A stretch of 61,448 bases of DNA, filler included, from Dirinaria sp. TL-2023a (Eukaryota), in NCBI GenBank assembly GCA_051941275.1. It is 18 parts of 18 records of this genome, joined end to end, with 100 filler letters (N's around TTAATTAATTAA, not from the genome) between each part and the next. Parts side by side here need not be neighbours in the genome. Positions count along the whole stretch, not along the records: positions 10,385 to 13,742 come from JAVEBF010002064.1; positions 13,843 to 17,198 come from JAVEBF010002065.1; positions 17,299 to 20,651 come from JAVEBF010002066.1; positions 20,752 to 24,083 come from JAVEBF010002067.1; 14 more parts are not named here. The stretch is one strand, 5' to 3'. The position numbers and the translations under genes are program-made. Positions 11,814-23,310 of this stretch are shown here, in pieces (position 1 is the stretch's first letter; every line of letters begins with the position of its first letter). The notes under the pieces are model-generated. The model made no database searches. It was not told where the DNA came from and worked only from the letters and a program-made list of their open reading frames with translations.

Positions 11814-12223
11814 TGTTACGATCCGAGTTCGACACCCTAGGGTTAATAGAGGGTTAGGAAGCGTTCAGTAAACCTTGGCGGTCTTGGCGCCAAGGAACTA
11901 GTGCAAAATGCTCAGTGTGATCAGAATGCTCAGTGTACTCAGTATCACTGAGCACACTGAGCAACTGAGCAGAACTGAGCAAGAGAATTTTGACAGTTCT
12001 GACATCGTGTATATAAATCTTCAACACGACGCTTTTCTAGCATCGTGTTCAACATCTTTGCAATAGCTATCTACTGCTCAGAGTAATTTGTATCTTGTCG
12101 TGATATTGTCATATCATCTCGAAGACATTCGTTGTTTCTTGACAGATCTTTTCAACAGATCAAACTCTAGCATCTTTTCTGTTTAGAACCTAACCCTAGA
12201 TATTAGATCGATAGAACGCAACA
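11814..12223 (+). mobile_element. 5' LTR (about 410 bp) of a further LTR retrotransposon
   Basis: TGTTACG...CGCAACA inverted termini, TATA-like gtatataaat near 12010, and the gag ATG follows at 12242. Confidence 0.7.
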
Positions 12224-12241
12224 ACATTGAACACTTTTAGA

Positions 12242-13742
12242 ATGTCTATCTCAGAACAACGTAACTCTATTTCAAGCATCACTGACTCAGCAATCTCTCG
12301 CGACTCAATCAACAATAAACGTAACGATAATGACAAAATTAAAATCAACAAATTTGATATTTATAAAAGCGAGAGAGAAGAACTCGACGACTGACTTTTA
12401 CAGATGAAGTTGTATTTTGTATTTAATTCAGTATTTAGCGATCAAAGAACGATCTTCGTCTCAACGTTTCTTCGGGAAAAAACATAATACTAAATCAAAT
12501 TAAAGCTTCGAACAAGACTCGATGATGAAGAAAACATCGATGATAAAATTTTTGCGAACTTCAGCAATTTCAAAACAGCTATACGAAGAATCTTTGAAGT
12601 TTTCAACGAGAAAGTCATCGTCGAACGAGTTGTACAGCATCTTAAACAAATCAAATCAACTTCGAATTATGCAGCGCGATTTCAGAAATACGCGAAACTC
12701 ACGAAATGAGATCACGTGACACTGCAAATCATGTTCAAACGCGAACTCAAAAATACGATCAAGAACGAACTTATGCGCGATGAACGAGAATACGAATCTC
12801 TCGAAGAATTAATCGAGATCGTCATCGATCTTGACGACAAACTATACAAACGAGTCATAAAAAAACGTTTCGACGACGAATCACGAGAAAAAACTAGTGT
12901 TTTTATGTATCGGTTCGTTGAAAACGATCGAAAGAAAGACGATTCTGTGAGAAAACTTTACTACGAGACTATGTCTATGAAACTGAATTCGACCGAACGC
13001 AAGAAAAAGAATCTTAGAGTTAAACAAAATAAAACTAACAAAACATGTTATTTATGTGACAAGTCAAATCATTTCGCGAGAAATTGTCGAACTAGAAGCG
13101 CGATATCTAGAGAGCAATTGAATATGACATTAAAAAAAGACATATCTGACGATGAAGAAATCTGCAACGATGATGCAAGCTCGACAAAAAGTGCAGTATT
13201 CACGTCAGAGAAAGAATACTATTTTGTGAAGAATCTCACAGTATTTCAACAAGTTCTGAACGAGACAGCATCAGACAATACATCTGTCTCGACTCAGAAA
13301 ATTAATACGACTATCGAACAAAAGCAGAAAACAGAATTCGACGACGAATTCGAATGAAACAACGACGCATTTCGAGAACTGAAAAATGACACATTCGACA
13401 AACAAACACAGATTGACGTAATCGACGCGATCGAAAAAATGTTAAACAGCGATGCAACTCGAGAACAAAAAATTTCGAAATATACAAACACATCAGTGTT
13501 AAATCGAGAAAACGCAACGATAAAAAATTGATACGATTATCGACTCTGTTGTACTCATCACTATTAAATACATCGACAGCGAGAATGCGATGACGCAGTG
13601 AATGATATAATTTAAGAGACAATTGATGATATGAAGTTACTCACGAGACAGCGATATGAGAAAGTCAATTGTCGATTAACGTGTATTATATGCGTTTCGA
13701 ACGAGATACATCGTCAAAAGAGATAAGAAAACTGAGTTTTCA
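12242..13742 (+). mobile_element. Retrotransposon gag pseudogene with CCHC zinc knuckle
   Basis: KINKFDIYKSEREELDD*LLQMKLYF, FKRELKNTIKNELM...LEELIEIVIDLDDKLY and CYLCDKSNHFARNC (CX2CX4HX4C). Multiple stops. Confidence 0.88.
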
Positions 13743-13842
13743 NNNNNNNNNNNNNNNNNNNNNNNNNNNNNNNNNNNNNNNNNNNNTTAATTAATTAANN
13801 NNNNNNNNNNNNNNNNNNNNNNNNNNNNNNNNNNNNNNNNNN

Positions 13843-14398
13843 GGGCCAGGGCCCTTTGGAACCGGCACGGACGCGGCAAGGGCCAGGTTTCAGGGTGGAA
13901 CCCTGAGTCCCGTGGTCGGCGGTTTGAAGCAGACGACTGCTCGGAGTCGCCCAAGAGCGCTTCCTCGTCTTCCACGCGCTTGCGTTTGGGTTCCGAGAAC
14001 TCCCGATGGTAGGGAAACATGTGCGGGTATGGGTTGGACCAGTTCCGGGATCGCCGTCGACGCCGCTTGCGGGTCGCCTCCTCGTCTGCAAGCTGGTCTT
14101 TAGTGGGAGGTTTCCGTCGTGGGAGGTCTGTTGGGGGGGCGGGAGCAGGCTGTGCGGGCTGAGGTGGCGAGTGTGAGAGTGATGAGGAGGGCAGCGTAGG
14201 CGATTCTTGTGGAGTCGGGAGAAGGCGGGTGGTTGCTGAAGGAGGTCGAGATGGTAGGAGGAGAGGAGTAGATGTGCCCGTTGATCCTAGTACCTCCGAA
14301 TGTGGCCTGCTTGGTAGTGGAAGGAGAGGGAATGCCTCTGTAAGGGGCCAGTTTGCTGGCATCCGGATCTCTGGTGCAGGAATAGTAATTGTTTCCAT
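13843..14398 (-). CDS. Hypothetical proline-rich protein, 3'-truncated by the contig end
   Basis: ATG-initiated ORF of more than 180 codons with a Pro-rich region and a basic cluster (RKRRRRRSR). No recognisable domain. Confidence 0.45.
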
Positions 14399-16282
14399 TG
14401 CGGTTGAGAGTCGTGTGAGTGGGGTTGGGGGGGGAAAGACTTAAAAAATGGACTTTTGGCCGTAGAGACTGCAATGAGATATAATTCAAGCTTGAAGAGA
14501 TATCTGTATAGTATGATATAGCAGAGATGAAGAGTAGAGCTCGTAAGGTCGATGTTGTCGATAAGTCAAAGGCAGAAGAATCAAGGAGAAAAAGTGATTG
14601 ATAGAGATTGGGTCATGGGAGGGATTGATATATGGGGAATTGAGCTCGAAATCTGAGCGTTCGACGGTGGAAACCTACGGACGCCCATGTCTTACTTCCC
14701 ATAGCTTTATCAACGAAAGCTGCGCGCCTGTTCGTTGGATGCCACCAAATGCCGCTTGCTGAACCCCAAAGGAATGGCACGAAACAATACCTGCCAGTAT
14801 TTTATCCCAACAAAATAAGTCTGATATAAGGCTGAGGCGCCAGCCACGAATGTATGTTTAAGAGACTTATGGCTGGAGCGAGGAAAGAAGGCCAAAGAAA
14901 CGCTGAACAGAAAGGGGCAAATATTTGAAGAGGAAAGGAAATTAAGCAATGGAGTGAACGGAATATATCTAGCATAAGCGGCCATTGTAATAGAAAATCA
15001 TGAAGCACTTGAGTTGTAGACAACCGAGTCAGATACATTACGTCTGAGAAGCTTGAACAAGCTCGGTCAGGCCACTGTTCCATCAATACCGGTACAATAC
15101 AGGCTCAACGGTTCACGACGGCGGTCCGGTGCCATCCGCGAAGCAATTGACCGATGCTCGCAAGTGTCAACAAACAGATTGGAGCAATGGCTTCAAGCCA
15201 GAAGCAGTGCGACGGATTCGGCGGTTTGCTCCAGGGCACATGAAGTCGGGCACATAAAGTGCGGTGTTCGATTCTTGTGGTGTACCTGATGTTACTTGGA
15301 GCTCACCTAGACACAATATATACCACTCCCGATATAGTCCCGCTCAGCTCAGGGTAGCAGTCATAGCCCAGAGATACGCTTAGCGCAGGCCCATTTGCTT
15401 GCGCTCCTCGGCCTTATCAGTCTTGAGTCGCCTGAGCTCGGACTCGTAATTTTCATGATCCATATATGATTCCAGAAACCCTTCTCCGAACGAGGATTCA
15501 TTCGTGGGAGTGTTGATGGCTCAGAGCCCATCGTCGTACGACTATCAACCCATGATCAAGCTGAGCGAGTACGGAGCTGCAACCCAGGTATTTCTTTGCT
15601 TTTTAGGATGACCGATTTTCCATGGTAAGGTAATGCTCTTTTCTGGATGCAAAGCGCTGCTACATCTTTACTACTATGTTGGACAATTGATGTGGCCGTG
15701 CGCGTCGCAAACCCTCTCAACGTCGCTAGTGTATGATGTTATGTCATCAATTTCTATCTCTGTGATTCGTCAGCTCGTACATTGATTGGATATCTACTGA
15801 GATACTACTGTACTTTCGTTAAGCGACCTGGCGACTACAAGTAGCTTGAACCTCCTAGTTTGCTCCACATTTCTCGAATTTATTTCTCGAATTTACCTGA
15901 CTTCTTGATAAGGCCGGGCCAGAGTACTAAGACGTTAATTAATGGGACTGAACGTAGGAGTCAAAGATATTACTCCAGAAAATTTTCCAACTTATTGAGT
16001 TGAAGAAGGATTAGTAAATATTTCAATTGCATAGCAGATTTCATATTTGTTGCAGTTTTCCCCTATGTCAAACACGACGTCATTCGCAAATAATATTATC
16101 TAGTTGCATAGTACATAATTCCATTCCTCCACTCGAGACTGCTCTAAATTTCGCATTTCAACCTGCCAGAATCAGAACGATTACACCATTATTGTGCCAG
16201 CGCCATTGGGAATCGAACCTAATATTGATATCAAAAACCTGACTACAGAGACCACGGAGTGAACAACCTATATAATCACACA

Positions 16283-17198
16283 ATGACAATAATCCCAATC
16301 GCCGAAGGCGAAATCGACTTCCAAGTCTCAGGACTCGAAACGCCATGCAAAACCTTCTACAAAACCATCGGCCCCCTCTCCTCAACCCACTCCACCCCCT
16401 CAAAAACACCACTCATAATCCTCCACGGCGGACCAGGCGCAGCGCACGAGTACCTGCTACCCTTCACAGACCTCTACACGAAATTCTCCATCCCACTAAT
16501 CTTCTACGACCAAATCGGCAACGGACGATCCACGCACCTCCCCTCCAAAACCGGCGACCAAGAATTCTGGACCGAATCGCTCTTCCATCGCGAGCTCGAT
16601 AATCTGATCGACCATTTCCAGCTGCGCGACACGGGCTTCGACATCCTGGGCCAAAGCTGGGGCGGCATGATGGGGAGCAGCTATGCGGCTTTGAAGCCCC
16701 AGGGCTTGCGGAGATTGGTGCTCGCCAACGCACCGGCGGATATCGAGCTGTGGAAGCAAGGGCTCGAGAACCTGCGCGCGAAGCTGCCGGATGATGTGCA
16801 GGAGGCGCTGAGGGAGGCGGAGGAAACGGGCGATTTCGAGAGTAAGGAGTATGAGGACGCGATCACTTTTTTCTATAAGCGGCATTTATGCACTGTCAAA
16901 CCGTGGCCGGCGAAGGAGGTCGAGGTCGCGTTGAAGTGGTTGACCGAGTACCCGGATGTGTATGCGACGATGTAAGTTTTTTTTTTTAAAAAAATATATC
17001 CCATTTCCCCCTCCCAAAAAAAAAAAAAAGAAATCCCTAACCCCTCCCCCTAACACCCCCTAGGTACGGCCCCTCGGAACTGACCATAACCGGCACCCTC
17101 AAAACCTGGTCCATGCTCCCGCACCTCAAAGCCATCCAAATCCCAACTCTGGTCTACAACGGCGAGCACGACGAAGCGCAGGATATAAGCGTAGAGCC
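16283..17198 (+). CDS. Proline iminopeptidase / L-amino acid amidase (alpha/beta hydrolase, peptidase S33), 3'-truncated
   Basis: HGGPG, YDQIGNGRS and the nucleophile elbow GQSWGG. Intron 16972..17063, then MYGPSE...PTLVYNGEHDEA. Confidence 0.92.
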
Positions 17199-17983
17199 NN
17201 NNNNNNNNNNNNNNNNNNNNNNNNNNNNNNNNNNNNNNNNNNTTAATTAATTAANNNNNNNNNNNNNNNNNNNNNNNNNNNNNNNNNNNNNNNNNNNNGA
17301 AAAGGGAAGAGGGGGGGGGAGGGGGACGTACCTGATGTTGAGAATGAGATGGTTACCATGTATTCATATATTGATGATCATTGATGCATACTAATACTCG
17401 AGAGTTAGTTGCGAAGAGAGGGAGGAGAAAAGAAGTGTTGCTTGATTTATGACAAAGGACAAGGGAAGGGGATCTACTCTACTTACTCACTGGCTGTGCG
17501 AGTTCTAGCTACCATGCTCAGCAGCCGCACGCAAAATAGAACCTAATCCAGTAAGCCAATGCAAAGATGATTTCCTACACTGATCGTTAGCGGAAAACCA
17601 TGGCGCTGATGCACCGCCCCCCTCTTCCCCTGTTCTCAAATGTGGTGCAGAACAGACAGCCCGGAGATGCAGAAATCACAAAGGAAAAAAAAAAAGCAAA
17701 TTTTTTGGTGATTGTTTTATGGGTATTACAAGTTTTTTTTTGGTGCCGCCAGCTGTATCCCTCCCAAGTACCGCTGGGGCTTTTTAGAGAATTTTATGTA
17801 GAAAAGCAAAAAAGGCAATAAACAAAAGGCAGAAACAAAAGGCAAACATAAAACAATTCAGGGGCTGGGAAGGAGAACAGGGGAAAAGAGGTGAAAGGGG
17901 GGAAAACATACCGCAAGACCTACCGTTTTGCCGACTGCGTCCCATGGTGCAAACTCGGTGAAAACCTTCAATGGGCCCAGAAA

Positions 17984-18874
17984 TCAGCCGTCGCACATGT
18001 CGACGTCGCCGTCGGCATCCACGTCGTCGATCGCAGGCACATTGAAGATCCACTTCGTGAGCGGGAAGTTCAGCTGCAGGTGCCCCTCTGGCTCAAGATA
18101 CGTGCTCACGGAATACTCCGTGATTCCCTTGCCCGAAGCCCACATTACCCGCTTCTGGCCACGCTCGTACGGCGCCGGGAGCACCTGGGGAACCCAGGGG
18201 CCGTCCCGTTCGTCGGAGTTCCAGGGAGTGTACTCCTGGACGAGCTGGATGGCCGCGAAGCGGATGGAACGCTTCGGCTTGGCCGGGAGCTGCGACGAGC
18301 GCAAGCACGACTTGAGCCATGGTCCCCGGCCCAAGAGCGACTTCTTGACCTTTTTAGGGGCCGCGAGGAGGCTCTGGTTGAAAGGGCGGGGACGAGGGAT
18401 GGGAGTTCCAGGAAGGGTGGTGAGGAGTTGCGAAGCCGGGTCGAGAACCGGCTCGGCAGCGTCCTCGCTGAAGCGCACCTTGCGGTTTGCCACAGGGGAG
18501 AGGAAGCGGATCCGGTTCTCGGACTCCGCAACGACCACCTTCCGGCTGCCCAGCACAGCGCTGCGCAATCGTTGCGCGACCCCACCCTTGACCGGCGCGG
18601 AGATCAGACACCCCTTCCGCTGGCACGTCTTGCGACGCAACCAGGCCTGAAGCTGTTTCCAGGTACCGGGCCTGCGAACAGAACCCGGCACGGGCGATGC
18701 CTCCTTGCCTGCGCGGGAGACCGCAGTACGTCGCGCTGGCCACGCTCCCGTGAGGGAGGCGGACAGGTTCGATACTGCGGTGCAGAGGTCGGGAGTGGGA
18801 GGGAGGAGGGAGGAGGGAAGGAGGAGAGATCGCACCAGGAGCGAACTCGCTGGGGATGTGATGAGTGTGAACAT
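17984..18874 (-). CDS. Hypothetical basic, probably disordered protein with several RVxF-type motifs
   Basis: ORF of about 296 codons from the ATG at 18874, preceded by a pyrimidine-rich leader. Motifs RIRF, RKVRF, KSCLR, KRSIRF and KRVMW; acidic DGDVDM tail. Confidence 0.6.
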   Translation of the reverse strand: MFTLITSPASSLLVRSLLLPSSLLPPTPDLCTAVSNLSASLTGAWPARRTAVSRAGKEASPVPGSVRRPGTWKQLQAWLRRKTCQRKGCLISAPVKGGVAQRLRSAVLGSRKVVVAESENRIRFLSPVANRKVRFSEDAAEPVLDPASQLLTTLPGTPIPRPRPFNQSLLAAPKKVKKSLLGRGPWLKSCLRSSQLPAKPKRSIRFAAIQLVQEYTPWNSDERDGPWVPQVLPAPYERGQKRVMWASGKGITEYSVSTYLEPEGHLQLNFPLTKWIFNVPAIDDVDADGDVDMCDG

Positions 18875-20751
18875 TGTGCAAGAGCAGGTCGGTTTTTCAT
18901 ATAACAAGTGCGAGAGTGCAAGTGTAATCCAAACCGACGAAGAAGAAAAAGAAGAAGAGAAGAAGAAGAGGGAGAAAGGTTTGGGGGGGTTTATAATATT
19001 TCACTAGCGCGGATAAACAGCAACAACAATAACAATCGCGCTGCATGGCAACAACAATAGCATCAATGGCCTTTATGGCTGCCGTAGAGGACTGCATTTT
19101 TGACTGAGATGCTCTCCGGACGGTTAAACAGAAAGCACATGGATTCCATGATCCATACGGCCACGATATATGATGCCGAGACATCTATGAGATGGAGGAG
19201 AATGGAGCTCGTAAGTACTAACGGGCCTATGCTTCAACACTCGTTCATGCATTGCCGAAGCATCGAGGGTATAATAGAGCGCTGATCGACTTTGTCCAAG
19301 GCAGTCGAAGCAACATACGCCAGAAGCAACCATGAGTATTTCAAGGCCCACGCACATGAAGTCGTAGCCAGCCAAGGAGACATCCGCATACCTTGGTCTT
19401 GATGGCCCTGGAGCATGATCAAGCACGTATTCACAGATCTCCACAGAGGCAAATAATCCAAGAACGGATTAAAGCTCCGTGCCAGGAGCTCCAAGTGTCC
19501 GTAAGTATTTACCATTTCAATCTCCCAAGGTATCCCAATATCATCACTCCCATCCAGTGCTACTGACACTGGAGTAGCTTCCGCAGTTCTCGTTTGCAGC
19601 GTATCCAGATATATTCTCCTAGAGCGTCGAGAAGACTTTGGCAATGAAAACCAACAGATAAAGGCTCAAAAACATGCAATGGCGGTTTCTTTTCCCTCTA
19701 GAACAAAGATGGGACGAGATGGTAAAAGTAGGGATGAGTAAAAGAGGGCTATACAAAGCAGATATTCAAGCTACATGTTCGACATCTGAAAGAGACTCTA
19801 CCTACCAACAAATCTAATAGAAGCCTTCTTCACTGCTCTGCGTCTACCCATCTAGCAATGTCGTGGAGGACCTTGAAGCCCTAAGCTGATCTCTCTCCAG
19901 TGTCCTGCAGTCGTTTACACTATCTTAATCTAGACCGATGGCTCACACAAATCAGTAAAAAGGCAATTCGTAAGCCACCACACAAGGCATCGGCAAAAAG
20001 GACCTGACGTTTGAGGTGCCTCAGTATCCCAGATAAGAAAAACCCAAGGCAAGCAGATTAGCAGAACCATCCGACGTCGACGCCAAGATGCCTCATTCCC
20101 AATTCCATCCCACAAGGCTGAAACAATTCCCAAACAACCTTTGCCCCCCCTCCCCAATATGTACTCCCATAGCCTCGCCCTCCCACATCACCACTCACAA
20201 CCAGCCGATCTCCAACCTCGACTCCCAAACTCTCCGAATCGGTCCTACACCAACCATCCCCCCTCCCATCCCCCATCCTCTCCATCTACATACGCCCGAT
20301 CCTCCATCCCGCCTCGCCGCCCAAAAAAAATCCCAGATCCCCAAATCCAAGTGACGGAACCCCAAAAAAAACCATGCACATTACTCGCGCGCTTCTTCCC
20401 CCCCGTCCCGCAAACACAATCCAATAATCAACCGCCAATATTCAAATATTTCCCGGGTGAGGGAGGGGGGTTCTTATGTACAGTATGTACAACATGAAAA
20501 AGATCCAAGTAAAAAACGCAGGGATATCGGTATCATCAGCATTCGGGAACCCGCTTCCCCGAAAAACAAAAAAAGGCGCGCCTGCCCTCCTTGTTCCTTT
20601 TTCCCCCTTTTTGCCCGTAAACGGAAGGTTGCAGAATTTGGGAAGATGCACNNNNNNNNNNNNNNNNNNNNNNNNNNNNNNNNNNNNNNNNNNNNTTAAT
20701 TAATTAANNNNNNNNNNNNNNNNNNNNNNNNNNNNNNNNNNNNNNNNNNNN

Positions 20752-21210
20752 GTCAACTCATCAGCAGAGATCAAATTCTCGGCGTCCTTTCCTGGTGGTT
20801 TGTCCTTGTACTCATATGGTCTCACGAAGTTGTTCGCAAAGATATCCTTCCAGGCAGCTGGATCGGTGAAAGACAGCTCGTTCGGTGCGACGCGTACGAT
20901 ATCACCGTATTGTTCATGCATACTTTTCACGCGATGAGGCAAGCTACCCTCAACTAGTGATCGTACAAAGGGAAATCTGAAAGCGCTCCATAGAGATGGG
21001 CCCTTATATCTCGCTAAAGGGTGAAGGAGGAGATTGTAGACAGCACGGCTGACGGTGTACTATACTTCATCATCAGCAACTGTGAGCATTTAGGATCGCC
21101 TTGGAACTCACAACAAGCCAGAGCAGGGCTAAAGCAGAGAGAAATCCTGTGATACCTATGTCTTCCACGATCTCTTGAAGCTTTGGAATTCGAATTGGTG
21201 GCTAGACTAT
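20752..21210 (-). CDS. Cytochrome P450 N-terminal part (secondary-metabolism type); start codon not found, possibly a pseudogene
   Basis: TM segment GFLSALALLWLV, intron, then VYNLLLHPLARYKGP...HEQYGDIVRVAPNELSFTDPAAWKDI. The upstream frame reads ATA GTC TAG instead of a start. Confidence 0.85.
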
Positions 21211-21649
21211 TTGTGTTTTTCGATGTGAAATGTAGATTGTAGCGTGTTGAGACCTTAATAAAAGGTGCCAGGCCTTCAATCACGTGCTTTATGGTGATTG
21301 GAAGGTCTAGCGTCGGGACATATTTGTCCCTAAGGTACCTTACTCTACCAAAGCATAGGTTTCTATCTGCTTCGCACAAGCATTACACAATCAGGCCTGA
21401 AAATGCGAAGTACCATTGTTTGAAAGGCAGCCGAAAGTAGTGTTGCATTGTTGTGAAATGGTACAACGTGTTCAAATCTTCGGTAGTTCTGCCACCTTCC
21501 CATCAATCATGTTGGTTGGTCAACAAGGATACTGGCTCTGTGGTAATGCACGGCGTTCAAGTATATTTCAATACCCCGCCTCAAGCCACACGCTCCCTTC
21601 CAGTGTTCCAACTAATCACGGACTCCGGGGCTACTTCATAATCGAGCTC

Positions 21650-23310
21650 TGACGCTCGCGGACAAGAATTTCTGCGTCCGGGTGTGGGAAGATAAACTCG
21701 TGACAATGAAGGTTCGCCGGCCTACCACGATCACCAATAAGCTTTCAATCGTAATCCATAATCGATCTCACCTGTATTATCTTGGTTTCCCAACTTGCAA
21801 AACCGACCAAAGCAGGAATTTGCACCGGGTCCGAAGTTTAAATTGTTTTCCTGTATGGTCGAGAATTGATGCAAGTGACTCTCCCATCTTTCTGGCGAAG
21901 TTTATATTATCGAAGTTCGTCGAAGACTTCTGACTGAGGAGTCACATCGGGATGATCCTGAATAGCGTTTAAAGCTATACAGATGTGGGCTCCTCGGGGT
22001 AGCACCATCCCATCGGGCAGCTGATGGTTTTGTATCATTACTCTGTGCGTTGAAAGCAGAGTAGGCGGATTCCACGTTGGAAACTCTCTCATGAAAGAGT
22101 CTCGAATCCGTAATTTGATGAAGGAAGATTTCCTGCCATTACTCCCATCCGCGATCTTCCCCATTTACTCGAGCGATTTCGTCTCTGATAGGATCGATAT
22201 ACTCTAGACGGGCAACCAAATCGTATAGACAGTGGACTGCGTTCATCTACGACGTATGTATTCAAGTCAGAGACATGACTACTTCCACATGAGCGAGTGC
22301 TTCAGGGTCGCCCTCGTCGTCGTTTGCGATTTCCATCATCCAAGATAGAAGGTTCTTGTTGCCATAGGGAGACTGAGCCAGAGTGACTTTACGTCGACGA
22401 ATGATCTGGGGCACCAGCAGCTTCTTGGCTTTCCTGATATGACAAGGTCCTTTCCATATTGTGGGAAGTAGCCAGCTGAGGGCGTGGTGGGTACATGCAG
22501 GAAAAAGTTCCAGTATCACTAACCAGACGAAGACTAGATCAAGTTATTCTTAGTATTACACTTGCATATAGGGGGAACTGGATTCACCATTTCACCAAAC
22601 TCCGTGGAGATTTCGAGCTACTGCTCACTACGGCGGAGGGGAAGGCCAAGGAAGACTTTGGCACTGATCCTTGCAACAAGTCTGAGTATAGAATGATAAG
22701 ACTTGATTATGACCCGATCGTCTTCGAATGTTGGTCAACAGGTCAGTGACTATGTAGATAGCGAAATCAAAGTGCTAGCCTTCACGTGTAGAAACCTCTT
22801 TCAGAATAGTATAGTTCAGCTCATTCTTCATCGTATTTGCCGAATTACTAAAATGTGGTGTTAATTTGATCTAAAGAGCTTGAAAATGGAGGTTATTACG
22901 TAGCATAACATTCATGTTCGTGTGAGTGCCCATGAAATTCTGGGCATGAGCGACAGTTGCGCTTGCCATATTCGATGGCAGCATTCGCATGTCGTTTACA
23001 TATTGTGATGGTAATACCAGCATGTTAGCGTCGAGTCTCCTGAATTGAATCCCCTATTTTAAACTGTTTTTCTATCAGTCGCTTGGACGATCTACGTACA
23101 GATGGTGTTCACCTCTTGATGGCCTTTGATCGGGATAGTTTCTGCTTTTTATTGGAATAGAGGTTTGATATTAGTGTAGCCTCATACCTAGAAGCCACTC
23201 CAACTATGGGAGCTTTGAATTTAGACCGTCGACTCAATATCGCCATGTACTCATATGTGTATTAGAACGTATGTCCCAGTCATTAGCATATCATCTCGAA
23301 TAAGGGGCAT
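21650..23310 (-). pseudogene. Cytochrome P450 pseudogene (ent-kaurene-oxidase-like, terpenoid-modifying type)
   Basis: KAPIVG, NNLHFQAL*IKLTP, NLLSWMME, DSFMRE..WNPP, LPDGMVLPRG and a degenerate heme motif FGPGANSCFGRF. Several frameshifts and stops. Confidence 0.8.

Noticed and set aside
11835..11858. Telomere (TTAGGG array)
   Set aside because: Only isolated telobox-like words inside an LTR, not a tandem array.
17891..18904. 337-aa and 240-aa plus-strand ORFs overlapping the minus-strand gene
   Set aside because: Probably antisense shadows in GC-rich DNA, with no motifs. The minus strand has an ATG, a pyrimidine-rich leader and recognisable motifs.
19100..20651. Several 60-136 aa ORFs and C-rich low-complexity DNA
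   Set aside because: No recognisable family; low complexity generates spurious ORFs.
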